Of a stretch of DNA of 64,000 nt, positions 20,272 to 30,610 are shown piece after piece. This stretch comes from Lachnospiraceae bacterium (GTDB lineage Bacteria > Bacillota > Clostridia > Lachnospirales > Lachnospiraceae), in contig JAKSPC010000003.1 of NCBI GenBank assembly GCA_024405155.1, positions 24,846-88,845 of the forward strand. The letters run 5' to 3'. The stretch's first letter is position 1. Every line of letters begins with the position of its first letter. The notes beneath the pieces were generated by a model that did not search any database, was not told where the DNA came from, and worked only from the letters and a program-made list of their open reading frames with translations. The translations under genes and the position numbers were made by a program.

Positions 20272-20634
20272 TTATTTTCCTGTGATCAGCCTTGCCGTCA
20301 CCCGGTGCGGCAGGCAGACGATGGGATCATCCGCCAGAATGACCGTTCCCTTTTCTACACAGATCTGTTCCGGACAGTCCGCTTCCCGGCAGCATATGCC
20401 AAGTTCCCCCCGTTCTCCTCTTTTTATTTCAAAAAGATTGTATCCCGAATCCGTTTCCACACGGAAGGTAAGTCCTTCCTTAAGTTCTTCCCGAACGATC
20501 TCCTCGCCGTCCTTTGTGATCACAAGGATCGTTCCCGGCCTTCGCCGTACAGAAAGGAAAAGAAGCACTGCCGAAAGAAGCAGCAGTGCTCCCACAAGAA
20601 ACGTTCCTTTGTGTTGTGCAAATATCTTTGCCAT
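20272..20634 (-). CDS. NusG domain II-containing membrane-anchored protein (DUF1312-like)
   Basis: 120-aa ORF with an N-terminal TM segment, then CPEQICV...IVCLPHRV, characteristic of the NusG_II family as I recall it. Confidence 0.68.
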   Translation of the reverse strand: MAKIFAQHKGTFLVGALLLLSAVLLFLSVRRRPGTILVITKDGEEIVREELKEGLTFRVETDSGYNLFEIKRGERGELGICCREADCPEQICVEKGTVILADDPIVCLPHRVTARLITGK

Positions 20635-22025
20635 CAGCTCTCCAGGAATGCCTTTACCGCCTTGTGCGTATGATATACGTCAAGTTTTGAGGTGACTTCG
20701 AAAGGCGCATGCATGGAAAGGACCGGCACGCCGATATCAATGGTATCCACGTCCATGTTGGCCATGTACTTGGCAACGGTACCGCCGCCGCCTCCGTCCA
20801 CTTTTCCCAGCTCTCCCGTCTGCCAGATCACCCCGTTTTCTTCCAGGACGGATACGATCCCGGCAAACGTTTCGGCGGAAGCATCACTGGCTCCCGATTT
20901 TCCCCGGGCTCCCGTATACTTCTGGATCACGGGTCCGTGCCCGAGAAACGCGGAATTATTCTCTTCAAACGCGCTTCTGAAGGTGGGATCGAATGCCCCG
21001 CCCACGTCTGCGGAAAGGCAGATGGAATTCCGGTAAACGTCCCGGACCTTTGCATTCTGCGTTTCACACAGATCCTGCATGAAATCATAAAGGAACAAAG
21101 ATTCCATACCGGTATTGCCGCAGGAACCAATCTCTTCCTTGTCCGCAATCACGGTGACAGCCGTATGTTCCGGTTTCTTTAACATAACCTGTGCACTGAC
21201 GGACGCAAAAACGCAGGAACGGTCATCCTGGCCGTACCCGCCGATCATGGACCGGTCCAGACCGATGTCACATGCCTTTACTGCAGGGACTGCCTCCAGT
21301 TCCGCCGTCAGAAGATCTTTTTCCGTAATGCCGTACCTGTCATAAAGGATATTGAGCACACAGAGCTTCACCGGATCTTTTGTATCCTCATCGCCAAAGG
21401 GAATGTTCCCGAAAACGATATTCAGCTCCTCACCCTTCACGCCCTCGGACAGCTTTCTTTCATTCTGTTCCATGGAAAGATGAGGAAGCAGGTCTGAGAT
21501 CACGAATCTGGGATCCGTATCTTTCTCACCGATGCAAACGCTGACCTTTTTCCCGTTCTTTAAGATCACCACGCCGTGGAGCGAAAGCGGTACCGTCGTC
21601 CACTGGTATTTCCGGATACCGCCGTAATAATGTGTTTTCAGAAATGCCGTTCCGTCCTTCTCGTAAACGGGCGATGCCTTGAGATCCAGTCTCGGGCAGT
21701 CCCCGTGGGCGACCACGAACCGGACACCCTCTGCAAGCGGTTTTTTTCCGAACGTAACGAGGATCAGGGACTTCTCGCGATTCACAAAATAGACCTTCTG
21801 TCCGGCCTTATATTTCCCGAAACGGTCAAAGGGAACGAATCCCGCCTCCTGTGCGATCTGCTCCGCAGTTGCCACCGTCTCACGTTCCGTCTTGGAAAGA
21901 TCCAGAAACTCCTTGTAATCCTCGCAGAATTCCTCGGCGTCACGAATGTCCTCCGGCATCTCTGCCGCGATATGTACAGAAGTATAGCAAAGCTTCTTCT
22001 TAAGTTCACTGATCCCGTTTTCCAT
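20634..22025 (-). CDS. M18-family aminopeptidase
   Basis: About 463 aa with HGDCPRLDLK, ADKEEIGS and SMHAPFE motifs. Start set at MENGISELKK (GGGAGA 5 nt upstream), 1 nt after the upstream stop. Confidence 0.83.
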   Translation of the reverse strand: MENGISELKKKLCYTSVHIAAEMPEDIRDAEEFCEDYKEFLDLSKTERETVATAEQIAQEAGFVPFDRFGKYKAGQKVYFVNREKSLILVTFGKKPLAEGVRFVVAHGDCPRLDLKASPVYEKDGTAFLKTHYYGGIRKYQWTTVPLSLHGVVILKNGKKVSVCIGEKDTDPRFVISDLLPHLSMEQNERKLSEGVKGEELNIVFGNIPFGDEDTKDPVKLCVLNILYDRYGITEKDLLTAELEAVPAVKACDIGLDRSMIGGYGQDDRSCVFASVSAQVMLKKPEHTAVTVIADKEEIGSCGNTGMESLFLYDFMQDLCETQNAKVRDVYRNSICLSADVGGAFDPTFRSAFEENNSAFLGHGPVIQKYTGARGKSGASDASAETFAGIVSVLEENGVIWQTGELGKVDGGGGGTVAKYMANMDVDTIDIGVPVLSMHAPFEVTSKLDVYHTHKAVKAFLES

Positions 22026-22026
22026 T

Positions 22027-22995
22027 TTATTCTCCCTTGTTTGCGTGATAGACATCGAAAAAGTTTTCCGCGGTGGATCCTTCTCCGTTCCTGAAGTTCA
22101 CCTCGTTCCAGAACCTGTCAAAAAACACGATGTTATGCTGTGCCCGGTACGGATCCATGACCTCATTGTATTTTAAGGACTGCATGGCCGTAAGGATCCG
22201 CTCCTTTCGCTGTTTCGTAGCCGCCTCGTCGTATCCGTTCGTGCATCTGATAATGTAGTACATTCCGTTTTCGAAAAGGATATTGGACACCTGCCCCTCT
22301 TCCAGATGGAATGCCGTGTTCTCGATGAGGTCATTTTTCTCGCCTCTTCGGAGTTCCACCTCGATCTGGTCCAGTTCCGAATACCGGCTGGCCATGGAAT
22401 TGAAGCCCGCGCCGTCGATCTTTATACGTTTCAGTATCGCCTTTGCTTTCTTAACATCCTCCGTGCCGATCTGCATGATGCGGATGACTTTTGCCTCGGA
22501 ATCACTGATGTCACTGCCCACGGAATTGGTCACGATGTCCGTCATCTTGCAGGCCGTATAGTACTGGGTGTACATTTTCTGTACGTCCTCCCTCGTACAC
22601 CCGATATAGGAAAGATCCGCCTCCGAAAGGCCGCCGTAGTATATGTCTGTCATCTGCCGGACGTACTCTCTCTCCTGGCTTGTAAGCTGCACGCCCCGTT
22701 CTTCCGCCAGCATGTTGAGGAGTTTGACCTCTTCCAGAAAGTCCTTCACGTTGCGGATCATGAGCTTGTCAAAAGTCTCGTCCTCATCCGTTTTTACCTG
22801 CCAGACCTTTCCCGTGTAACTGTTCTGATACCGGTTCCTTTCATTGGCCAGGAAGATCATCGCCTCGGACTTTGTATACTCCTCGACCTCCTCTGCCTTG
22901 TTTTCCATTTCCAGTCCCTTGCAGGAGCATGCCCCTGCCATAAAAGCAAGACAAAGAAAGAACGATATCCACTTTTTCAGGCGTTTCCCGTTCAT
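22027..22995 (-). CDS. PrsA/SurA-like peptidyl-prolyl isomerase lipoprotein
   Basis: Signal peptide with Cys (FMAGACSC), a SurA-N-like helical region and a parvulin-like segment (FNSMASRYSE...EEGQVSNILFENGMYYIIRC). ATGA overlap with the recN stop. Confidence 0.65.
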   Translation of the reverse strand: MNGKRLKKWISFFLCLAFMAGACSCKGLEMENKAEEVEEYTKSEAMIFLANERNRYQNSYTGKVWQVKTDEDETFDKLMIRNVKDFLEEVKLLNMLAEERGVQLTSQEREYVRQMTDIYYGGLSEADLSYIGCTREDVQKMYTQYYTACKMTDIVTNSVGSDISDSEAKVIRIMQIGTEDVKKAKAILKRIKIDGAGFNSMASRYSELDQIEVELRRGEKNDLIENTAFHLEEGQVSNILFENGMYYIIRCTNGYDEAATKQRKERILTAMQSLKYNEVMDPYRAQHNIVFFDRFWNEVNFRNGEGSTAENFFDVYHANKGE

Positions 22996-24665
22996 TGCAG
23001 ACTGCTTCTCTTCTCTTCTTTTTTCCGTTCGGCCAGCGCCTTCATTTCGGCGGCGTTTTCCATTACGCTTTCTGTGATCTCAGCGCCTCCCAGAAGTCTG
23101 GAAAGTTCTTTTACCGGCTCTTCCCCGGAAAGTTCCCGGATACCTGTGACGTTTCTCCCGTCCAGTTCTTCTTTGCTGATCAGATAATGTGTATCCGCCA
23201 TGGCAGCGATCTGCGGCAGATGGGTGATGCATATCACCTGATGGTCCGTGCTTATGATAGCCAGTTTTTCCGCCACTTTCTGTGCCGTCCTGCCGCTGAT
23301 CCCGGCATCGATCTCGTCAAAGATCAGTGTGGGGATCTGATCGGTCTTTGCAAGGACCGTCTTTATGCTCAGCATGACTCTGGAGAGTTCGCCTCCCGAA
23401 GCCACTTCGGAAAGAGGCTTTGCCTTTTCACCGGGGTTCAGCGCCGTGAGGAAACACACCCTGTCAGCCCCGTTTTCCTGCGGTTCCTTTTCCGTGAAGG
23501 ACAGTTCCATGGTCACGGAGTCGAATCCCAGTTCCAGAAGTTCTGAGCGGATCTTTGCACAAAGGATCAGTGCGCCTTCCTTTCTCTTTTCGGAAAGACG
23601 TCCGCACGCGCCGCAGAGTTCTTCCCTTGCCTTCGCAAGCTCCGCCTCTGCGGTTTTCCTGTTCTCATCATAGTCCCTAAGCAGACCCAGACGTTCCTCT
23701 TTCTTTTTCCCGTAACCGATGACGTCGTCCACTGTCTTTCCGTACTTCGTCTCCAGCGTACGGATGAGATCCAAACGTTTCTCCGTTTCCCTGAGCTTTT
23801 CTTCGGAAAGATCGCAGGAGGACACATAGGAGGAGATCTCCCTCAGAGCATCACTTAAGATCGTCTGTGCGTCATACAGTTCGTCACGGATCCCGGACAG
23901 TTCCGGGTCATATCGCATGGCGGATTCCAGCATGGACAGCGCCTCACCGGCGGCATCCGCCGTCAGCGCCCCGTATGCCCGATCCATGTACTCTATGATA
24001 TTTCTGGAATTGTTCAGCTTTTTGTACTCCGCCGCCAGCTCCTCTTCCTCTCCGGGAACCAGTCCGGCTTCTTCGATCTCTGCGATCTCATATTCCGCAA
24101 GTTCGATCTCGCGGGCCTTTTTTTCCTCATCCAGATCAAAGGATGCCAGAACTTTTTCCGCATTGCAGTACCGGTCGTAAGCAGCCTTTACGTCCGCTTT
24201 TTCCGCTGCGACGGTGCTTCCCAGAAAAGCATCCAGGATCGCCAGATGGTTTTCTGTATCCATCAGCGTATGATATTCATTCTGGCCATAAATATCAATA
24301 AGACGCGCCGCTGCGTCACGAAGTGTCTTCAGGCTGACGGTCTCTCCGTTGATACGGCTCACGCTCCTGCCGGATGCGATCTTTCTGCTCATGACGATAA
24401 TGCCGTCTTCCGGATCTATGCCCAGATCGCGGAAATAGGACTCCGATTCCTTCTCCACGGAGAACACCAGCTCCACATAGGCACTTTCCGCACCGTCCCT
24501 TACGATATCCGGTCTGGCTTTCCCGCCCAGTGCCAGCATGCAGGATCCGATGATCACGGATTTTCCGGCACCGGTCTCGCCCGTCATGATATTGAGGCCG
24601 TTTTTGAATTCCACGGTCGCTTCTCTGATCAGCGCTATGTCTTTGACATGTAACTCCAGAAGCAT
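22992..24665 (-). CDS. recN: DNA repair protein RecN
   Basis: 557-aa ORF with Walker A GETGAGKS, a long coiled coil, the SGGE signature (ASGGELSR) and Walker B LIFDEIDAG. Confidence 0.96.
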   Translation of the reverse strand: MLLELHVKDIALIREATVEFKNGLNIMTGETGAGKSVIIGSCMLALGGKARPDIVRDGAESAYVELVFSVEKESESYFRDLGIDPEDGIIVMSRKIASGRSVSRINGETVSLKTLRDAAARLIDIYGQNEYHTLMDTENHLAILDAFLGSTVAAEKADVKAAYDRYCNAEKVLASFDLDEEKKAREIELAEYEIAEIEEAGLVPGEEEELAAEYKKLNNSRNIIEYMDRAYGALTADAAGEALSMLESAMRYDPELSGIRDELYDAQTILSDALREISSYVSSCDLSEEKLRETEKRLDLIRTLETKYGKTVDDVIGYGKKKEERLGLLRDYDENRKTAEAELAKAREELCGACGRLSEKRKEGALILCAKIRSELLELGFDSVTMELSFTEKEPQENGADRVCFLTALNPGEKAKPLSEVASGGELSRVMLSIKTVLAKTDQIPTLIFDEIDAGISGRTAQKVAEKLAIISTDHQVICITHLPQIAAMADTHYLISKEELDGRNVTGIRELSGEEPVKELSRLLGGAEITESVMENAAEMKALAERKKEEKRSSLQ

Positions 24666-25126
24666 TATCTGTTCCTCGTATCCTCAAAAAGCTTTTCCAT
24701 GGATCGAATCGTTTTTGTTACATCCGCGCCGTCGCAGACAGCTGCGAATACCGTATCGTCACCGGCAATGCAGCCGGCGATCCCCGGGATCTCCATGGCA
24801 TCCAGCGCGGCGCCCACGGCCATGGCCATACCGGCTACGGTACGGACCACGATAATGTTGCCCGACGTCGTCATTCTGATAAAACCGTCACGGAGAATGT
24901 TCTGGTATTTCCTGGAAAGGTCCACGGCAGAGGACACAGCCTTGTAATAAAGCTTTCCGTCATTTCCCTGCACTTTGGTGAGCATCAGCGCACGCATGTC
25001 CTTGGAAACGGTCCCCTGGGTCACGTCATAACCTTCGTCCAGGAGCTTTGCTCTCAGTTCTTCCTGATTGGAAATGTTGTACTTGTTGATGATCTCCAGG
25101 ATCATTTCTTTTCTGTCAGGCTTCAT
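24665..25126 (-). CDS. argR: arginine repressor
   Basis: 153-aa ORF with an N-terminal wHTH (ISNQEELRAKLLDEGYDVTQGTVSKD) and a C-terminal GCIAGDDT motif. Confidence 0.92.
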   Translation of the reverse strand: MKPDRKEMILEIINKYNISNQEELRAKLLDEGYDVTQGTVSKDMRALMLTKVQGNDGKLYYKAVSSAVDLSRKYQNILRDGFIRMTTSGNIIVVRTVAGMAMAVGAALDAMEIPGIAGCIAGDDTVFAAVCDGADVTKTIRSMEKLFEDTRNR

Positions 25127-25134
25127 ATGTTCTC

Positions 25135-25974
25135 CTACTCCGCTTTCTCGTGGCTTTCCGCAACCAGTTCCGCCACGCGCTCCCCGGTCACTTCTATTCC
25201 CCCGTCTGTTTCCTTTCCGTCAGGTCTCCGGATCCAGATCAGGTATTCAATATTTCCCTCGGGACCGCGGATGGGACTGTACGTAAGCCCCCGGATCACG
25301 AATCCCGTTTCTTTTACAAAGTCTGCCGTTCTGAGGATCACTTCTTCATGGACCTTTCTGTCCCTCACCACGCCTTTTTTCCCGACTTCCTCGCGCCCCG
25401 CTTCAAACTGCGGCTTGATGAGGCACACCATTTCGGCACCTTCCTTCAAAAGCGGCCACACAGGCGGAAGCACCTTGGAAAGACTGATAAACGAAACGTC
25501 TACCGAAGCAAAATCCAGCTTTTCCCCGCCGATATCCTCCGGTGCGATGTAACGGATGTTCATTTTTTCCATGCATACCACCCGTTCGTCGTTCCTCAGT
25601 TTCCACGCCAGCTGACCGTGTCCCACGTCTACGGCAAACACTTTTTTTGCTCCGTTCTGCAGCATACAGTCGGTAAAGCCGCCGGTGGACGCGCCGATAT
25701 CCATGCAGATCTTTCCTTGAAGGTCAATGGGAAATTCTTTCATTGCCTTTTCCAGTTTCAGCCCGCCCCGGGAAACGTATCGGAGCGATGCGCCCCGCAC
25801 TTCGATCCTGGTGGTCAGATCGTCCGGAAATGTGGTCCCTGCTTTGTCTTCCTTCTGACCGTTTACGTAAACGATGCCGCTCATAATGATGGCCTTGGCC
25901 TTTTCCCTGCTTTCCGCAAGACCTCTTTCCGTCATCAGTACATCTATTCTCTTTTTTTCTGTTTTATTCTCCAC
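25135..25974 (-). CDS. tlyA: TlyA-family rRNA (cytidine-2'-O)-methyltransferase
   Basis: S4 domain (KRIDVLMTERGLAESREKA) plus FtsJ-like fold (DIGASTGGFTDC). In the conserved position between dxs and argR. Confidence 0.9.
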   Translation of the reverse strand: MENKTEKKRIDVLMTERGLAESREKAKAIIMSGIVYVNGQKEDKAGTTFPDDLTTRIEVRGASLRYVSRGGLKLEKAMKEFPIDLQGKICMDIGASTGGFTDCMLQNGAKKVFAVDVGHGQLAWKLRNDERVVCMEKMNIRYIAPEDIGGEKLDFASVDVSFISLSKVLPPVWPLLKEGAEMVCLIKPQFEAGREEVGKKGVVRDRKVHEEVILRTADFVKETGFVIRGLTYSPIRGPEGNIEYLIWIRRPDGKETDGGIEVTGERVAELVAESHEKAE

Positions 25975-27820
25975 GGATACTCTCTATTATGCTTCCTGAA
26001 TCGATCCCCAGCATTTTTCTGAGGCTGTCTATGTCACCATGCTCCACATAAGCGTCGGGCAGTGATACGGTCTTCACCCTGCACTCCGCAGAAGCTTCTG
26101 CCGCTATCCGGCATGCGCGAAGCCCTATCCCGCCGTTTTCCACGCTTTCCTCCAGGATCACCAGGTGCTCATGGGTAAGACACAGGTGCCGGATCATTTC
26201 CTCATCCAGAGGCTTTGCGAACCTGGCGTTTACCAGGGTACAGTCGGTCCCCGACGCGAGCAGTTTTTCCCGGATATGGACCGCCGTGCTCACCATGGAT
26301 CCCAGGGCAAACAGTGCCGTTCCTTTTCCCTGATGGATCATTTCGCTCTTTCCGTATTCTATGGGAGCGTCAGATCCCGAAAGGCCCTCGTAGGCAATGC
26401 CTCTGGGGTAGCGTATTGCCGCCGGATGGCCGAGCCGGAAGGCAAACTCCAGCATCTGCTCCAGTTCTCTGCCGTTTTTCGGCGCCATGACCGTCATTCC
26501 GGGGATCATGGAAAGATAGGATACGTCAAAGATCCCCTGATGCGTCTCCCCGTCGGAACCAACGATCCCTGCCCGGTCCACGGCAAATACTACTGGCAGA
26601 TCCTGCAGGCAGACATCGTGTATGATCTGGTCAAATCCTCTTTGTAAAAAAGAGGAATACACCGCCACCACCGGTCTCAGTCCCCCCGCCGCCATGCCTG
26701 CCGCGCTTGTTACGGCATGAGCCTCCGCGATCCCCACGTCAAAGAAGCGATCCGGAAACATCTGAGAAAACTTTCCGAGCCCCGTTCCGTCCGCCATGGC
26801 CGCCGTCACTGCCGTGATCCGGCTGTCAGAAGCGGCAAGCCGCACCAGAGTGTCGGAAAAATGCTCCCCGTATGTCTTTCCCGTTCCCGGTCGTTTCTTG
26901 TTCCCGGTCTCCGGTTCAAAGGGTTCTACGCCGTGAAATTTTTCCGGATGCGCTTCTGCCGGTCCGTAACCCTTTCCCTTTTTTGTGATCACGTGCAGAA
27001 GTACCGCATGATCCACTTTTTTGGCTGCGCGGATCGCTTTTTCCAGTGCTCTGATGTCATGTCCGTCCACCGGCCCCAGATACGTGATCCCCATGTCTTC
27101 AAAGAACATGCCCGGGATCACCAGCTGCTTGATGGAATCTTTTGCCCGCTTTACTCTTTTTGCCACGTTGCTGCCGATGCCCGGCAGGGACAGGAGCCGT
27201 GATTCCACGCTTTTTTTCAGCGCCGCATATCCGGACGCCGTCCGGAGGCCGTTCAGATAATTGGACACGCCGCCGACGTTGGAGGAAATGGACATGTTGT
27301 TGTCATTCAGCACGATGATGAAATTCTTTTTCATCCGGGAAGCGTTGTTCAGCGCCTCATAGGCCATGCCTCCTGTCAGAGCACCGTCACCGATGACGGA
27401 CACCACCGTATGTTCCGCCCCCATGATATCTCTTGCCTGGGCCAGCCCCAGCCCTGCCGAAATGGAGGTGGAACTGTGTCCTGTATCAAACGCATCATAA
27501 GGACTCTCCGCAGTCTTGGGAAACCCGGAAAGCCCGCCCATCTGACGGATCGTGGAAAATGCATCTTTCCTGCCGGAAAGGATCTTGTGCGTGTATGCCT
27601 GATGTCCCACGTCCCATATGATCTTGTCTTCAGGGGGATCCAGGACCCGAAACAGAGCGATGGTCAGTTCCACCACGCCCAGATTGGAGGCCAGATGCCC
27701 GCCCGTTTCCGATGTAGTTTTAATGATCAGATCTCTGATCTCCGACGAAAGCTCCGAAAGTTCCTCATAAGAAAGCTTTTTCAGATCCGTCGGCAGATCC
27801 AGCTTGTCCAAAAGACTCAA
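25964..27820 (-). CDS. dxs: 1-deoxy-D-xylulose-5-phosphate synthase
   Basis: 618-aa ORF with GGHLASNLG, IWDVGHQAY and GDGALTGGMAYEALNN (TPP-binding) motifs. Confidence 0.97.
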   Translation of the reverse strand: MSLLDKLDLPTDLKKLSYEELSELSSEIRDLIIKTTSETGGHLASNLGVVELTIALFRVLDPPEDKIIWDVGHQAYTHKILSGRKDAFSTIRQMGGLSGFPKTAESPYDAFDTGHSSTSISAGLGLAQARDIMGAEHTVVSVIGDGALTGGMAYEALNNASRMKKNFIIVLNDNNMSISSNVGGVSNYLNGLRTASGYAALKKSVESRLLSLPGIGSNVAKRVKRAKDSIKQLVIPGMFFEDMGITYLGPVDGHDIRALEKAIRAAKKVDHAVLLHVITKKGKGYGPAEAHPEKFHGVEPFEPETGNKKRPGTGKTYGEHFSDTLVRLAASDSRITAVTAAMADGTGLGKFSQMFPDRFFDVGIAEAHAVTSAAGMAAGGLRPVVAVYSSFLQRGFDQIIHDVCLQDLPVVFAVDRAGIVGSDGETHQGIFDVSYLSMIPGMTVMAPKNGRELEQMLEFAFRLGHPAAIRYPRGIAYEGLSGSDAPIEYGKSEMIHQGKGTALFALGSMVSTAVHIREKLLASGTDCTLVNARFAKPLDEEMIRHLCLTHEHLVILEESVENGGIGLRACRIAAEASAECRVKTVSLPDAYVEHGDIDSLRKMLGIDSGSIIESIRGE

Positions 27821-27831
27821 GTTGTATTCCC

Positions 27832-28791
27832 TCAGTTTTTCCTGTCCACCAGGTAACGCAGGAGTTCCTCCAGAAACTCGTGCCCGCCCAGTTTTCTGAC
27901 ATCTTCAACGGCTTTTTCCGTGTATTCCTTCACGTCTTCTTCCGACTGTTCCAGACCGAAATACGTGAGCCAGGTGACTTTTCCCTCTTCCGCGTCGGAA
28001 CCCACGTTCTTGCCCAGTTCCTCATTGGTACTGGTCACGTCCAGAATATCATCCCGGATCTGGAATGCCATGCCGATGTTCAGTGCCGCCTCTTTCAGCG
28101 TTTCCACCTCATCCGCCGCGGCTCCTGCCAGAATGGCACCGATCATGAAAGAAGCTTCAATGAGGGCGCCTGTTTTATTCCTGTAGATGAATTCCAGCTG
28201 TTTCCGGGAAGGTTTCTTTCCGGTCAGTTCCACATCCACCGTCTGTCCGCCTACCATCCCGCTGACGCCTGATTTTTCCGCCAGTACCCGAATTGCTTTC
28301 AGGACCGCATCGGACCTGGCCGTGCTCTTTGCTGCCGTTTCAAAAGAATACAGCATCAGCGCATCCCCTGCCAGAGTTCCCATGTCCTCCCCGAACTTTG
28401 CCCAGGTGGAAAGTTTTCCCCTGCGCAGCGTATCGTTGTCCATGCAGGGAAGATCATCGTGCACCAGACTGGAGGAATGGATCATCTCCATGGCGGCCAT
28501 GAAAGGACCGATGACTTTCACATCGTCATCGGAAAGCAGTTTTCCGTGAGCGAAATCCACTTCCGTCCCGTCTGACACGATGGGGGGAATTTCGGCGTTT
28601 CTCTTTTTCCGGATCAGCTCGAACGCCGCCATCATCATCATGGGGCGGAGCCTCTTGCCGCCGTTGATCACGGAATAGTTCATGGCTTCCAGAATGGTCC
28701 GGTGATAGCCTTCCTCCAAAGGAAGATAGGAACATACCGTGTTATTGGCAAAATTCGTATACAGATTCAGTTTCTCTTTAAATTCCATCAC
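27832..28791 (-). CDS. ispA: polyprenyl (farnesyl) diphosphate synthase
   Basis: GGKRLRP, first DDxxD (LVHDDLPCMDND) and second DD motif (FQIRDDILD). Carries a ~28-aa insertion before the first Asp-rich motif. Confidence 0.88.
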   Translation of the reverse strand: MMEFKEKLNLYTNFANNTVCSYLPLEEGYHRTILEAMNYSVINGGKRLRPMMMMAAFELIRKKRNAEIPPIVSDGTEVDFAHGKLLSDDDVKVIGPFMAAMEMIHSSSLVHDDLPCMDNDTLRRGKLSTWAKFGEDMGTLAGDALMLYSFETAAKSTARSDAVLKAIRVLAEKSGVSGMVGGQTVDVELTGKKPSRKQLEFIYRNKTGALIEASFMIGAILAGAAADEVETLKEAALNIGMAFQIRDDILDVTSTNEELGKNVGSDAEEGKVTWLTYFGLEQSEEDVKEYTEKAVEDVRKLGGHEFLEELLRYLVDRKN

Positions 28792-28978
28792 TGTTTCCTT
28801 CTCTCTCGCGGGAAAGTACGGTGAGCTTTTCCTCTACCCGGGATATCCCGTCTTCCGCTTCCTTTAAAAGTTTCATTCCCTGCTCATACAGCTCGAACGA
28901 TCTTTCCAGACCGGTCTCCGGAGATTCCAGCTCGGCAATGACCTTTTCTATCTTCTCAAAATTCTCTTCTATTTTCAT
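28778..28978 (-). CDS. xseB: exodeoxyribonuclease VII small subunit
   Basis: 66-aa helical ORF immediately after xseA with an ATGA overlap. The LE.SF..YE.G sequence is typical. Confidence 0.9.
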   Translation of the reverse strand: MKIEENFEKIEKVIAELESPETGLERSFELYEQGMKLLKEAEDGISRVEEKLTVLSREREGNSDGI

Positions 28979-30177
28979 CTTTTTCCATGCTCCGCTCTTA
29001 TGACTCTGCTTTCAATGATGCCGTCCGAAAGCCGTGTGGTGAGCAGATCGTTTTCCTTTACCAGATCTGTTCCCGTTACCGCTCTTCCCTCTACCGTCAC
29101 GTAGCCAAAGCCTCCCGTAAGCTTCTTTAACGGGCTTAAGGCATCCAGCCTTCCGGCTTCCGTTTTCAGGATCATCCGGCTTCGCTCCGCTTTCCCTTTC
29201 ATCAGATAGTCCATGCGCTTTCTGCTGTCGGAAAGTCTTTCCTGCATCCGACGCATCTGTTCCGCCGGGTGCAGAGCCGAAAGCCGCCCTTTGAACGCCT
29301 GTGCTCTTTCCTTTTCACGGGAGAGCCGGTAGTTCATCAGCGAGTCCATTCTGCTTTTCTCGTGGGAAAGCTGTTCGCAGAATGCCATATAGTCAAAATT
29401 CGCCAGCTCCGCCGCGGCAGAAGGCGTAGGCGCTCTCAGATCGGCCACGAAATCGGCAATGGTAAAGTCCGTTTCGTGACCCACGGCGGAAATGACAGGC
29501 GTTCTGCAGTCAAAGATCGCTTCCGCCACGATCTCTTCATTGAACGGCCAAAGATCTTCTATGGAACCGCCGCCTCTGCCTACGATCATCACGTCCATCC
29601 CCATTTTGTCCAGCCTGCGGATGGCATCGGCAAGGTCTGCGGCAGCATATTCCCCCTGTACCAGCGCCGGCATCAGAAAGAGCTTCACGTACGGATTCCT
29701 TCTGGTGGAAACGTTCACGATATCCCGGATGGCAGCCCCCGTATCAGAGGTGACGATGCCTACTTTCCCCGCAAACTGCGGGATCTTCTTTTTGTATCCC
29801 GGATCAAAGAAGCCCCGTTCCTCCAGGTCGGACTTAAGCCTTAGAAAACGCTCGTAAAGTTCTCCCTGTCCCGAAAGCTTTGCCTCTCTTACGTACAGCT
29901 GATAAGACCCGGATCTTTCATAAACGGATACCTGACCGGAAGCGTCGATCTCCATCCCGTCGGAGAGCCGGAAAGAAAGACTCTGCCGGTACGTCTGAAA
30001 CAGCACGCAGCTGATAGCCGATGACTGATCTTTCAGCGTGAAGTAAATATGTCCCGACGTGTGGTATTTGCAGTTTGACACTTCTCCCCGGATCGTCACG
30101 TCGCGGAGAGAATAATCCCTGGAAAAGAGATTCCGAATGTATGTATTGATCTGTGTTACGGAATAGATCCCCGGCAC
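28975..30177 (-). CDS. xseA: exodeoxyribonuclease VII large subunit
   Basis: 400-aa ORF with an N-terminal OB fold (VTIRGEVSN...SGHIYFTLKD) and the core GRGGGSIEDLW. Confidence 0.94.
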   Translation of the reverse strand: MPGIYSVTQINTYIRNLFSRDYSLRDVTIRGEVSNCKYHTSGHIYFTLKDQSSAISCVLFQTYRQSLSFRLSDGMEIDASGQVSVYERSGSYQLYVREAKLSGQGELYERFLRLKSDLEERGFFDPGYKKKIPQFAGKVGIVTSDTGAAIRDIVNVSTRRNPYVKLFLMPALVQGEYAAADLADAIRRLDKMGMDVMIVGRGGGSIEDLWPFNEEIVAEAIFDCRTPVISAVGHETDFTIADFVADLRAPTPSAAAELANFDYMAFCEQLSHEKSRMDSLMNYRLSREKERAQAFKGRLSALHPAEQMRRMQERLSDSRKRMDYLMKGKAERSRMILKTEAGRLDALSPLKKLTGGFGYVTVEGRAVTGTDLVKENDLLTTRLSDGIIESRVIRAEHGKR

Positions 30178-30197
30178 TTTTATGCCTCTTTCTTTAT

Positions 30198-30599
30198 TTA
30201 AGCGAGCTTTGCCAGGATCCCGTTCACAAATGCAGGAGCTTCGTCACCGCCGTATTCCTTGGAGAGATCCACGGCTTCATTGATAGCCACCTTTACGGGG
30301 ACGTCATCCAGATATCTCATTTCATAGAGCGCAAGTCGCAGAAGATTCAGTTCCGCCTTTCCCATGCGGTCGATCCTCCACCCCTGGGATACGGAATCAA
30401 TGGCTTTGTCCAGTTCTTCTTTCTTTTCGATGATCTCCAGTGATTTTTTCAGGATCTCGGCTCTTTCAAAGTCAGTGACTTTTTTCTCACAGGTCTCATC
30501 CAGATACCGGATCACCAGATCACGGGGATCCTCCCCCTCGTGAAAGCCCAGGCTGAAAAGTATCAGGAAAATCTGTTCTCTCAGTTCACGTCTTGTCAT
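30198..30599 (-). CDS. nusB: transcription antitermination factor NusB
   Basis: 133-aa ORF with MTRRELREQIF start and INEAVDLSKEYGGDEAPAFVNGIL C-terminal motif. Confidence 0.92.
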   Translation of the reverse strand: MTRRELREQIFLILFSLGFHEGEDPRDLVIRYLDETCEKKVTDFERAEILKKSLEIIEKKEELDKAIDSVSQGWRIDRMGKAELNLLRLALYEMRYLDDVPVKVAINEAVDLSKEYGGDEAPAFVNGILAKLA

Positions 30600-30610
30600 T
30601 TCTCTGCCTC

